From contig CAZUDK010000001.1 in NCBI GenBank assembly GCA_964618905.1, positions 92,614 through 156,613 of the forward strand: 64,000 bases of DNA, read 5' to 3'. Position 1 is the stretch's first letter; each line of letters starts with the position of its first letter. Shown piece after piece: positions 55,149 through 64,000 of the stretch. The notes below the pieces were generated by a model. The model did not search any database. It was not told where the DNA came from and saw nothing but the letters and a program-made list of their open reading frames with translations. This DNA is from an uncultured Candidatus Saccharibacteria bacterium. Lineage in GTDB: Bacteria; Patescibacteriota; Minisyncoccia; Phycocordibacterales; Zambryskibacteraceae. A program made the translations under genes and the position numbers.

Positions 55149-56789
55149 TTATTTTACATCAACTATCCTCAAGCGCAGTTCGGGCTGGTTGCGGAAATAA
55201 GACTTCTCTAAATTAGCACAGACAGTTACAGGCACTCCTACGGAAATAGGTACTTTGAAATTATCTGGAGAGGAGAAAAAGGAAATGGCGCGCACTTCTT
55301 TTCCTGATTCATCTTTAATAGCAATCTCAAGATGATCCTTCTCCTTGCCGAACTGCCTTGCAGAACTTATTGCACCCTTCAGCTCAAAGACAGGTTTGGG
55401 ATTGCCCATGCCGAACGGCGCAAAGTCTGAAACAACTTTCCACAAGCTCTCACCTATATCGGCAATTTGTATGACAAGGCTCTTATTTTCTTGTTTTTCT
55501 TCAGACTCTAAATTCGCCAGTGCCTCAGAGAGCTTGCCTTCTAGTTCTGAAAGTTGTTCCAGAGAAACAGAGAAGCCTCCCGCGCCGCTGTGCCCGCCGA
55601 ATTCAATAAACATTTCAGGCACAAGACTCATAAGAGCATGGAGATTGTAGCCGTTATACGACCGGCATGAACCCTTAAGCTTGCCGTCACCATCCCTACC
55701 CCAGACAAAAGCTGGTCTCTCATATTCTTCAACAAGAGAATTAGCAACAAGTCCAAGAAGCGAAGGCCTCCAATCCGGATTGCCTATCACTATCACTTCA
55801 CTAATTTTCTCTCTTTCTGCCAAACGTCTCTTTGCATCTTTAACCAAGCTAGCCACCACTCCCTTGCGCTCATTGTTTACCTTCTCCAAGCGTTCTGCCA
55901 TCTTGACCGCCTCTACCTCTTCATCTGCTACAAGCAGATTAAAAGCATCTTCCGGTGTACCCATGCGAGAAGCAGCATTAATGCGTGGAGTTATCATGAA
56001 AGCGATGTCATCCTCAGTTATATTTCTTTTATCTATCCTGAGTTTGGAGAGGAGCGAGTTAAGACCAGATCGAGGCGATTTTCTAAGCACTTCCAAACCG
56101 TATTTAGAAAGTATTCTATTTTCACCCACAAGCGGCACCATGTCTGAGAGTGTCGCTATGCCTACCATATCGAGCGACCACTTTTCCATACCTTCTTTTA
56201 TGCCAAATCTTTCTTTGCTTAAAACCGCCTGCACCAGCTTGTAAGCAACAGCTGCTCCGCAAAGTTCTTTAAAAGGATACTTTGAATCTGCCCTCTTTGG
56301 ATCTACTATTGCATACGCATCTGGCAGAGATTCTCCAGACTCATGATGATCTGTAACAATTACATCCATGCCTAGAGACTTAGCCAAAGAAACTTCTCTA
56401 AGATCTGCAATGCCGCAATCGACCGTTATAAGGAGCTTTGTTCCGCGCGCCGCTATTTCTTCTATCGCACCAATATTTAATCCAAAGCCTTCATCATGCC
56501 TATGCGGTATATAGAACGAAACATTTTCGTATCCGGCTCGCCGGAAGAAATCTTTGAGCACCACCGCGCCCGGTATGCCGTCCGCATCATAGTCTGAGAA
56601 AACCGCGATATGCTCCCCTCCTTTCATAGCTTCCACCACCCTCTGAGCAGCCTTATCCATGTCTGGCAAAAGAAGCGGATCATAAAGCTTTTCATAATCC
56701 GGATTAAAAAACTCTTTTTCTTCGCCTGTTTTTATACCTCTCTCTTTAAGTAGAAAATTCAATACTTCAGGAAATCCAGAAACTGTCAT
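55149..56789 (-). CDS. recJ: ssDNA exonuclease RecJ
   Basis: DYDADG, VDCG, TDHH, PRINAASR, GGH, PFGMGN. Confidence 0.96.
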   Translation of the reverse strand: MTVSGFPEVLNFLLKERGIKTGEEKEFFNPDYEKLYDPLLLPDMDKAAQRVVEAMKGGEHIAVFSDYDADGIPGAVVLKDFFRRAGYENVSFYIPHRHDEGFGLNIGAIEEIAARGTKLLITVDCGIADLREVSLAKSLGMDVIVTDHHESGESLPDAYAIVDPKRADSKYPFKELCGAAVAYKLVQAVLSKERFGIKEGMEKWSLDMVGIATLSDMVPLVGENRILSKYGLEVLRKSPRSGLNSLLSKLRIDKRNITEDDIAFMITPRINAASRMGTPEDAFNLLVADEEVEAVKMAERLEKVNNERKGVVASLVKDAKRRLAEREKISEVIVIGNPDWRPSLLGLVANSLVEEYERPAFVWGRDGDGKLKGSCRSYNGYNLHALMSLVPEMFIEFGGHSGAGGFSVSLEQLSELEGKLSEALANLESEEKQENKSLVIQIADIGESLWKVVSDFAPFGMGNPKPVFELKGAISSARQFGKEKDHLEIAIKDESGKEVRAISFFSSPDNFKVPISVGVPVTVCANLEKSYFRNQPELRLRIVDVK

Positions 56790-56850
56790 AGAGGCTATTC
56801 TAACACAGCCGCCAGCTTGGATTATGGCTGGTTTATATTAATATAAGCTT

Positions 56851-57822
56851 ATGAGTACTGATAAAAGACGCTTTCAGAAAGGTAGTTCAACCTCCGAAGG
56901 ACTCTGGATCCTAACCGTTCTTCTTATCATCTTTTTCTTCTTTATCTTGCCGGATAATTCTCCAAGAACTTCCTCGACACCCTCTACTTATGGCCAAGAT
57001 ACAAGCAGCTCCATCCAAAGCGGCGGCCAGAACACTACCGGTGCAAACTTATACACGAATCCAAACTCTTCATATGCAAAGCATATCTCCCTTAGCAAAG
57101 GTAATGCCTCCTATGCTGATCAGTCTTATGAAGAATATGTAACCATACATAACAATGGCAGCGCTCCTATAGATATAACAGGCTGGCAGCTTGCAAATGC
57201 TAAAGGTCAAAGATCTTATGACTACGGCGGCATGCTCAGAAGATTCCCTTCAGATTCCATATCCATACCTAAAGCCTCGCTTTATATAAATCCATTCGGC
57301 TTTAGTCCGGTTCAAGACGTAATCATACAGAGGGGTGAAACTGCTGTCATCACCACAGGCTCGGTGGGAGCAAGCACTCCTTACAAGATCACCAGCTTCA
57401 AGGAAAATATCTGCACCGGCTATTTGGAAGAAATGCCGGAATACTCATTCACGCCCCAGCTTTCAAGGGACTGCCCTATCCCAGATGAAGAACCTGGCTT
57501 GGAAAATTATGGCAAAGAATGCAAAGACTTTGTAAATAATCTCTCTTCCTGCCAAACACCAGACTTCCAAGAGAAAGACAAGCAAGGTGAAGTCTGCCAC
57601 AACTGCGTTAATGGAGTCAGGCTCTCAAGTTCTTGTGTCGCTTTCATCAAAGAACGCTTCAACTATGCTGGATGCATTGCGCACCACTCCAGCGATCCGG
57701 ACTTTTACGGCCGGGCATGGCGAGTATTCATAGGCAGAGGCTGGCAGATGTGGGCAGAAGACGACGAAACCATTTCTCTCTTCGACCGTCTTGGTAATTT
57801 AGTCGATTCGATCTCATATTAA
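56851..57822 (+). CDS. membrane-anchored protein with a lamin-tail-like domain and Cys-rich region
   Basis: TM, EYVTI.N....IDITGWQL, DETISLFD..G.LVD. Confidence 0.7.
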   Translation: MSTDKRRFQKGSSTSEGLWILTVLLIIFFFFILPDNSPRTSSTPSTYGQDTSSSIQSGGQNTTGANLYTNPNSSYAKHISLSKGNASYADQSYEEYVTIHNNGSAPIDITGWQLANAKGQRSYDYGGMLRRFPSDSISIPKASLYINPFGFSPVQDVIIQRGETAVITTGSVGASTPYKITSFKENICTGYLEEMPEYSFTPQLSRDCPIPDEEPGLENYGKECKDFVNNLSSCQTPDFQEKDKQGEVCHNCVNGVRLSSSCVAFIKERFNYAGCIAHHSSDPDFYGRAWRVFIGRGWQMWAEDDETISLFDRLGNLVDSISY

Positions 57823-57831
57823 AATAAATAA

Positions 57832-58239
57832 ATGGAAAGCTGCATCTTTTGCAAAATTGTTAGAAAAGAAATTCCGGCAGAAATCGTATATGAAGATGAT
57901 AATTTCTTAGCATTCCTTGATATAAACCCTCAATCTCCTGGACACACTCAAGTCATTCCAAAGGAACATTACAGATGGGTCTGGGACGTACCAAATGCCG
58001 GAGAATACTTTGAAATAGCGAGGAAAATAGCCCTCGCACAGAGAAAAGCCTTCAACACTGATTGGATTCTATCGAAAATAGTTGGAGATGAAGTCCCTCA
58101 TGCTCACATCTGGGTATTCCCGAATTCTGAGGTAGAAGGAAACAAAAAAGATTTTTCAGCCAACGCCGAAAAGATCAGACAAAGCATTTTAAAAGGAACA
58201 GCGCCTGATAAATCAGGCGCTGTTGATAGAGGCAAATAG
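57832..58239 (+). CDS. HIT family hydrolase
   Basis: CIFCKI, AFLDINP, VPHAHIW. Confidence 0.9.
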   Translation: MESCIFCKIVRKEIPAEIVYEDDNFLAFLDINPQSPGHTQVIPKEHYRWVWDVPNAGEYFEIARKIALAQRKAFNTDWILSKIVGDEVPHAHIWVFPNSEVEGNKKDFSANAEKIRQSILKGTAPDKSGAVDRGK

Positions 58240-59586
58240 GTCTTCCAGACCCTCATGCCTCCTGAAATATGCACCCCAGTGAAGAATTTTGAGCTTGTAG
58301 GCATCAATATTCTTCAAGAAGTTTTCTTTTGTCACCAAGGTGCAGTTAGCAAAACCATATGTAGACATAACATCTCTATTCTCTTCAGTATCCAGTATTC
58401 TTACTTCATCTAATCTCGAAAAAACTCGCGAGAGGTCATCTACCTGGAGGTCAACATTCTCGTCAGCAAAGTCCATTCTGTATACCAAGAGAACCGACGA
58501 GTCATAATTGTGGTCAGTAAGAGCTGACATTCTACCAGAGTGAGTTACATCACCTTCGAACAACATTTGCTTACCGGCAATAGTGACCCACCTAATTCTG
58601 CTCTCAGGTCTGAATTGCGTAAGCGCTACAGATATCTCCTCTGGTGGTATATCCAATAGAGAACCTACAAGTCCTGCAGCCAGTGATTGGTAGTAGAACA
58701 GCTGAGTGCGTACATAAGGCAAGAAGCGAAGAGTCTGGTTAGAGTTATTCAGCTTTAACACAGCTTCCGCTCCCTCCCGCTCAAGATACGCATCTGCCTT
58801 TTTATTACTGAGGGAAAAAGTGAAATCTCCTTTTCTTGCTAGAGTCATGACCATGTCATCATCAGCATTGAGAAGAGCCACCTCGCTCTGCTCAATTAAG
58901 GCTCGCTTGCCGTCTCTAATATCCTCGAGAGTATTAATCCCATGTACTCCAAGATGCATTCTCTTGATATTGAGCATAACGCCCACATAAGGCTTCAGCA
59001 TCTTGGCTAGTTCACCGACATGATGTTTCCTGTACATAGCGTACTCAAGGACGAGCATCTGATGTTTCGGTTCCAAGTAATTCGCAATCCACGAGGAGAG
59101 AGTCAGGGGCGTTAAACGCTTGGCATAGATACGTCCGCATCCAAATCTTCTTTCAAGGACAGACTGAATGAATGCTACGGACGTTGTTTTGCCAACACTA
59201 CCAGTAACTCCAACGATTCGCGGTTGTATTGTCGAAAGCACATAATTAAGGATCTCCTCGACCGCATTGAAGATGTTAGGAACTCGAATATACCGAATAC
59301 CACGCACATCCAGATCATTTACTCTGCTGTCTACCAGGAAAACTAAGTCTTTTCTGGTAGAAAGTCTCTGAATATTTTTGGACCTGTCGAATTTTAGGTC
59401 ATACCATCCTTCCTGATCAGGATCATCTTCATAGACAACGCAGTAGAGCTCTGTATCGCTCCTATCTTGTGATTCAAATTCCTTTATGTGGGAAATATTG
59501 ATAAGACCGAATTTGGTATGTTCCGGCACACCATAGAATTGGGCCCCATGAACGATACTCTTAATAGTCGCAGCATCGATACGCAT
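58213..59586 (-). CDS. divergent Mur-ligase (MurF-like) protein
   Basis: [12 protein letters not shown]-loop, VLEYAM, N...H, LNADD. Confidence 0.75.
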   Translation of the reverse strand: MRIDAATIKSIVHGAQFYGVPEHTKFGLINISHIKEFESQDRSDTELYCVVYEDDPDQEGWYDLKFDRSKNIQRLSTRKDLVFLVDSRVNDLDVRGIRYIRVPNIFNAVEEILNYVLSTIQPRIVGVTGSVGKTTSVAFIQSVLERRFGCGRIYAKRLTPLTLSSWIANYLEPKHQMLVLEYAMYRKHHVGELAKMLKPYVGVMLNIKRMHLGVHGINTLEDIRDGKRALIEQSEVALLNADDDMVMTLARKGDFTFSLSNKKADAYLEREGAEAVLKLNNSNQTLRFLPYVRTQLFYYQSLAAGLVGSLLDIPPEEISVALTQFRPESRIRWVTIAGKQMLFEGDVTHSGRMSALTDHNYDSSVLLVYRMDFADENVDLQVDDLSRVFSRLDEVRILDTEENRDVMSTYGFANCTLVTKENFLKNIDAYKLKILHWGAYFRRHEGLEDLFASINSA

Positions 59587-59588
59587 TG

Positions 59589-60305
59589 TTAATCTCCCTT
59601 TGTAGAATTGATGATGACGGAAGTGAGTTCCTCGGTGTGAGTATTTGCTATGTCATGACCACCTCCAGCAATTATATGAATTTCATGGTCGGCACTAGCA
59701 GAAGACAAGACTTCACGAACAAGGTCTGGAGGAGTAGCAGAATCCACTTCTCCATATATTAAGACCAATGAGTCCGATACTTCATGGAGATCATCCCGCA
59801 AATCTAAACCGACTATATTGCGATATGTCTCTTTCATTACCGGAGTAGCTTCAGAGTAGAAAGGATTTTTTACTACTTTGGTCAAGTAAAAATTCCTAGC
59901 TACCTGAAGGAGCTTGTTCGGGATAAATTTCTTAAACCTGAAGAATGGTGCCTGACGCTTTTCGTATCTTCTTATGATTGCAGGAGAAACAAGAATAGCT
60001 TTCACATTTTTATCCTTAGAAATCTTTTTCCAGTGAAGAAGCACTGCTCCTCCAAATGAATACCCTAAAACAACATCTGGTTTTTCTTGGTGGATTATGT
60101 CTCCCACGAACTGCGAGAAATTATCTATTGTCCATGGTTCAGAAGGATCATTTTCTCCTCCAAAACCAGGGAGATTTACACGCAGAACCTCTAAATGGTT
60201 AGACAAAGCTTTCACGAAAGCCGAGCGGTTATTCCATGCATCGGTATTGCCTGAAGAAGTATAGTTCTTGTGATTCCAGCCGTGGATTAGAAGAATCTTT
60301 TTCAT
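59589..60305 (-). CDS. alpha/beta hydrolase
   Basis: LIHGW, LPGFG, GYSFGG, GEVD, GGGH; start moved to ATG at 60305. Confidence 0.88.
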   Translation of the reverse strand: MKKILLIHGWNHKNYTSSGNTDAWNNRSAFVKALSNHLEVLRVNLPGFGGENDPSEPWTIDNFSQFVGDIIHQEKPDVVLGYSFGGAVLLHWKKISKDKNVKAILVSPAIIRRYEKRQAPFFRFKKFIPNKLLQVARNFYLTKVVKNPFYSEATPVMKETYRNIVGLDLRDDLHEVSDSLVLIYGEVDSATPPDLVREVLSSASADHEIHIIAGGGHDIANTHTEELTSVIINSTKGD

Positions 60306-60396
60306 GATTACTTGAGAATGTTTAGGTTTTAAAAGACCTAGTCTCAATGTACAGTATCGTAAAATTATTATAAGTCAATTACTCCCTACTATATAT

Positions 60397-61332
60397 CTAT
60401 TTCAATGCTTCTATCCCGGGTAGCGTCCCCGTAGCAAAAAAGTCGAGCATGGCGCCGCCGCCGGTGGAGACAAAAGAGAATTTGTCATGTATATGAAGTT
60501 TCTGGATAGCAGCCAAGGTGTCGCCGCCTCCGACTATAGTCATAGCATCGCTGCCTTTACTAGCTAGAATCTGAGCCAACTCTTCTGTCCCCTTCTTGTA
60601 CTGCTCTTCTTCATACTTTCCAAGCGGACCGTTCCAGATGACAGACTTCGAGCCATTAATCTCCTCTTTAAGTTGTGCAATAGTCTCCTCGTCCACATCC
60701 GGAGCCGCTATGTCTCCGTGCGGAAAGAAAATTTTAGGATTTTTTGCTAAAGACATCTCAGCCGCTTCCGGTGCCAAAGTCCCGCCTATGAAAATCCTGT
60801 CAGCAATATTTAAAAATTTTTCTACCAGAGGCAGCTTTGTAGATAGCTTGGCTCCGCCAAGGATAAGCATCGACGGATGCGGCGGATTGAAAGCTTTAGA
60901 AAGCTCCTCTACTTCTTGGGCAAAGCGGATGCCGGCAAAGCTTGGCAGAAACTTTGGCACGCTCACAATAGAGGCATGCTTTCGGTGCGAGACAGAGAAT
61001 GCTTCGTTTACATATATATCTGCTTTCGCTGCTAGAAACTTCGCCAAGTCCTCATCATTGTTCTTCTCACCCGGATTATTGCGCAGATTTTCAAGAAGCT
61101 CTGCGCCTTCCGGCACATACTTGCGCAAAGGCTCCACAGAAGCATTGCCGGGTTCCATATGAGTAGCAATGATCACTTTCGCGCCCGCATTCTGCAGAAA
61201 CTCTATGGTCGGCAAAGTAACCTTGATGCGGAAATCATCTTCCACTTTGCCGTCTGCAATAGGCACATTCCAGTCCACACGCACTAAAACCTTTTTGCCA
61301 CTAACTTCTGGAGCTTCAGTTATAAGTTTCAT
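60397..61332 (-). CDS. pgk: phosphoglycerate kinase (short, 311 aa)
   Basis: RVDWNVP, LLENLR, GGAK, WNGPLG, GGGDT, STGGGA. Confidence 0.95.
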   Translation of the reverse strand: MKLITEAPEVSGKKVLVRVDWNVPIADGKVEDDFRIKVTLPTIEFLQNAGAKVIIATHMEPGNASVEPLRKYVPEGAELLENLRNNPGEKNNDEDLAKFLAAKADIYVNEAFSVSHRKHASIVSVPKFLPSFAGIRFAQEVEELSKAFNPPHPSMLILGGAKLSTKLPLVEKFLNIADRIFIGGTLAPEAAEMSLAKNPKIFFPHGDIAAPDVDEETIAQLKEEINGSKSVIWNGPLGKYEEEQYKKGTEELAQILASKGSDAMTIVGGGDTLAAIQKLHIHDKFSFVSTGGGAMLDFFATGTLPGIEALK

Positions 61333-61419
61333 CCCGTACGAAATTATTGCTTATTAGGCATTAGATAGTAATGGATATTCACAACTTGTATAGCGTTATT
61401 TCGTATGGGACTCATCTTT

Positions 61420-62178
61420 TTATGATAACAGTGCTTGGGCTATATCCAAGAATTGTTTGTAGTTGAGAGAAGCTCTGCCCACCAGAAATCCATCTATAGC
61501 AGTTACTTCTGAGAGCTCTTCGGCGTTAGCAGGTTCCACAGATCCTCCGTAAAGAATCGGAATTTTTTCCGCACTATCCCTGCCATACATGTCGGAAAGG
61601 AGTCTTCGTATATATAAAGCAGTTTGAGTAAGATCCCTGGGAGAGATGGCGCTCTTGGCCTTACTGCCTATGGCCCAGATAGGTTCGTAGGCAACCATGA
61701 TCTTATTTGCATCTGGCCGCTTAACTCCTTCAAGAGATGCTTTAAGCTGATGCCTCAGAAAATCCAAATATTCCCCTTCACTGTCATGTTCGCTCTCGCC
61801 TATGCAAAGAAGTGGGCTTATGCCGCTCTTTATGGCAGTCTTAACTTTTTCTGAAACTATTTTGTCCGTTTCGCCAAGTGCCCGTCTTTCGCTATGTCCG
61901 ACTATTGCTACCCTGACACCAAAACTCTTTAGTATTTCCGGTGTAATGCTTCCTGTGAGAGTGCCATTTTCTTCAAGAGGCATATCTTGAGACGCTAAAG
62001 CAGAAAATTTTCTGCCTTTCTCAGAAACAACAGAAAGGTATGGCAGAGGCGGCGCGATATATGTAGAAAGTTTTTTGTATTTAAGATGCGCACGAGCCAT
62101 ACCGCGCAAGAGGGCCAGAGCTTCCGCCACTGAACCGGGATAGTTCTTCCAATTCGCTACCAAAATTTTCTTTGCCAT
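61420..62178 (-). CDS. tpiA: triosephosphate isomerase
   Basis: ANWK, GHSERR, AYEPIWAIG, YGGSV. Confidence 0.96.
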   Translation of the reverse strand: MAKKILVANWKNYPGSVAEALALLRGMARAHLKYKKLSTYIAPPLPYLSVVSEKGRKFSALASQDMPLEENGTLTGSITPEILKSFGVRVAIVGHSERRALGETDKIVSEKVKTAIKSGISPLLCIGESEHDSEGEYLDFLRHQLKASLEGVKRPDANKIMVAYEPIWAIGSKAKSAISPRDLTQTALYIRRLLSDMYGRDSAEKIPILYGGSVEPANAEELSEVTAIDGFLVGRASLNYKQFLDIAQALLS

Positions 62179-62184
62179 TCAGAA

Positions 62185-62892
62185 TTACTGCGTAAACACT
62201 TTCTTCATCAAATAAGAGATTTGAATCAGAGTTCCTTCCTCTTGAGTACTTACAGTCACAGAGAGGTTTGCATTCTCTTTCTTGCCAGTTATAGATCTGA
62301 CAGCAGAGGATGGATCTCCTTCGGATACCTCATATCCGTTTTCGGAGACATATTTCTTGTATTCATCATAAACTTCAGCCTCAGTTTTGGCGCTGATGTA
62401 AGAAACGTTTATCTGCCTAGCATTATGCTCAATATATTCAGTGCTTACGCTTTCAACTATGTTCCCCTCTTCTATAGGAAGACCTTCTGGCAGGCCTACC
62501 GGAACAGTAAGAACACCATTCACTGTAGGTGTGCCTTCTACTATTGCATCAGAAGCACGTCCGTTAATGCCACTAGTGTTCATGTCTACGGCCGAAGAAG
62601 AGCTGAAATATCTGAATGCAAAGTATCCTGCAATAAGCACAACCACTACAGCCAAAGCTCCAAGAACTATCTTTACATTCATATTTCCAGAGTCTTTCAT
62701 GTCCCCTGGTATTTGCCCTACAGGAGCTTGGACAGGAACTTGAGTTGGTGCAGATGTAGGTATTGAAGATACTGGCGCTGCAGTTGCTGCTGCAGGTGTT
62801 GGAATTGGAGTTGGTTCAGGCGCAGGAGTCGGTGCCGGTGTTGGTGCTGAATTTGGCATCGAATTTGCCATTGGATTTTGTGTTTGTTCCAT
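62185..62892 (-). CDS. hypothetical membrane protein with Pro/Thr/Ala-rich N-terminus
   Basis: PTPAP low-complexity region, single TM. Confidence 0.7.
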   Translation of the reverse strand: MEQTQNPMANSMPNSAPTPAPTPAPEPTPIPTPAAATAAPVSSIPTSAPTQVPVQAPVGQIPGDMKDSGNMNVKIVLGALAVVVVLIAGYFAFRYFSSSSAVDMNTSGINGRASDAIVEGTPTVNGVLTVPVGLPEGLPIEEGNIVESVSTEYIEHNARQINVSYISAKTEAEVYDEYKKYVSENGYEVSEGDPSSAVRSITGKKENANLSVTVSTQEEGTLIQISYLMKKVFTQ

Positions 62893-62921
62893 AGTTTTAG
62901 TTCCGTTTAGTGCGTTAGCTT

Positions 62922-64000
62922 TTAAAACTCTTCAAACTCCGGATCGAAGCTCACATCTACAGAAGCTCCCGGGCTGCACGTACCTTGGTTCTGGAGAGAG
63001 TCGGTTACTGTTACTTGAGCGGTCTTAGTGCCAATAGTTGAGTAAGTTATGGTTGCTGGGTTACTTGTTGGAGCAGGAGTTGCTGATATACCCAAGCCTG
63101 ACCAGCTGTATGTGTAGCCTTCACCTGAGCCTCCTTCTACGCTAGCCGAGAGGGTTACAGGTTCTCCCAGTTTTACTGATGAAGGTGAAGCTGAGCAGCT
63201 TACTGTTAAGTCTGGTGAGTCTACAACAGTGAGGTTAAATGATGTGGTTTTGCTCAGAGGTGAGCCGGTTACAGTTATAGGGTAAGTACCTGGGGTAGCT
63301 GTTGGTGAGACTGTGATGGTGGCTGTAGAGTTCGAGGTAGGTTTGCTGCCTTGGTTTGAGAAGCTTACTGATACTCCGGTTGGTACACCGGCGGATGCTG
63401 AGAGAGTTACAGCTTTTGAAGTGCCTGCTGTCAGGGTCTTGGTGATGACAGTGGTGTCATATTGGTTTACTCCTCCCTGCTGTATAGAGACATTGCCGGA
63501 GTTTGAGAGGGAGTAGGAGAAATCTTGAGAGAAAGAAGCGGAAGTGCTCTTATCTTCGCTCATCTGAAGAGTGCAGGTGTTATCCTGTCCTGAACAAGCT
63601 CCGCTCCAGCTAGAAAATTCATATCCTGTTGAAGGTGTTGCAGTTAGAGTAACCGAAGTGCCATTAGAGTAATCCTGAGAGCAGTCATTCGGACAACTTA
63701 TACCCGAACCACTTATAGAACCGGATCCGGAAGCTATAGAAGTTGTAAGGGTTTGATCATCTGTTACTGTCACAGTCACAGAATCATTTGCGCTGCCGGC
63801 AGAGTTGGAACAGTAAACAGTGTACACAGTGGTTTCTGTCGGGTAAGCAGTTGTGTAGGCGCTTGTGCCTGTAACGGTACTGCCGCCAACATTCAAGGTG
63901 CAGGAAGTTGCATAAGTAGATATGAAGTGAAGCATGGTAGAGTCTCCACTATCAATAGTAGAAGGGCTTGCTGTTATGTACACATAAGGAGGGTTCTGTT
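62922..64000 (-). CDS. large Ser/Thr-rich surface protein with Ig/PKD-like and InlB B-repeat-like domains (5' part off window)
   Basis: VTLTATP..GY.F..WSGAC motif, YTYSWSG, beta-rich repeats; frame is open to the window end. Confidence 0.8.
   Translation of the reverse strand, partial: QNPPYVYITASPSTIDSGDSTMLHFISTYATSCTLNVGGSTVTGTSAYTTAYPTETTVYTVYCSNSAGSANDSVTVTVTDDQTLTTSIASGSGSISGSGISCPNDCSQDYSNGTSVTLTATPSTGYEFSSWSGACSGQDNTCTLQMSEDKSTSASFSQDFSYSLSNSGNVSIQQGGVNQYDTTVITKTLTAGTSKAVTLSASAGVPTGVSVSFSNQGSKPTSNSTATITVSPTATPGTYPITVTGSPLSKTTSFNLTVVDSPDLTVSCSASPSSVKLGEPVTLSASVEGGSGEGYTYSWSGLGISATPAPTSNPATITYSTIGTKTAQVTVTDSLQNQGTCSPGASVDVSFDPEFEEF

Noticed and set aside
62740-62860. Tandem repeats in the 62185-62892 gene
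   Set aside because: This is ordinary Pro/Thr/Ala low-complexity linker coding, not a DNA element.

Overview
This 64 kb window is from a small-genome bacterium, most likely Patescibacteria/CPR (Parcubacteria-like). The assignment is inferred from the absence of rpmD between rpsE and rplO, rplJ-rplL lacking a neighbouring rplK-rplA, a truncated L15 and mostly SD-less genes. Core content: ligA (partial), a complete type IV pilus/competence cluster (pilM-N-O, pilB, pilT, pilC, pilA, pilD, four minor pilins, comF), recG, ftsH, smpB, infC-rpmI-rplT, fragmented str/S10/spc ribosomal operons, a split comEC, sod, rnhA, recJ, pgk and tpiA. RNA genes: tRNA-Ser(GCT), tRNA-Ile(TAT), tmRNA and a compact 6S RNA candidate. 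The most interesting signal is a set of tiny palindromic elements. Two stand-alone GIY-YIG nuclease genes flank smpB, and each is enclosed by 19-22 bp inverted repeats. The ACCCTnnnAAMTTTT arms of the first cassette recur, without a gene, directly before rpsN and rpsL. Hairpins of 30-39 nt sit in frame in recG (twice), pilT and pilin leaders. A conserved core occurs twice inside unrelated perfect inverted arms, and a 178 bp mini-element duplicates the tRNA-Ser 3' end. I hypothesise a REP/RAYT-like system mobilised by a GIY-YIG nuclease; this is untested. Separately, one mRNA 3' UTR carries a near-perfect mimic of the predicted 6S pRNA. All calls come from reading the sequence by eye; no database searches were run.
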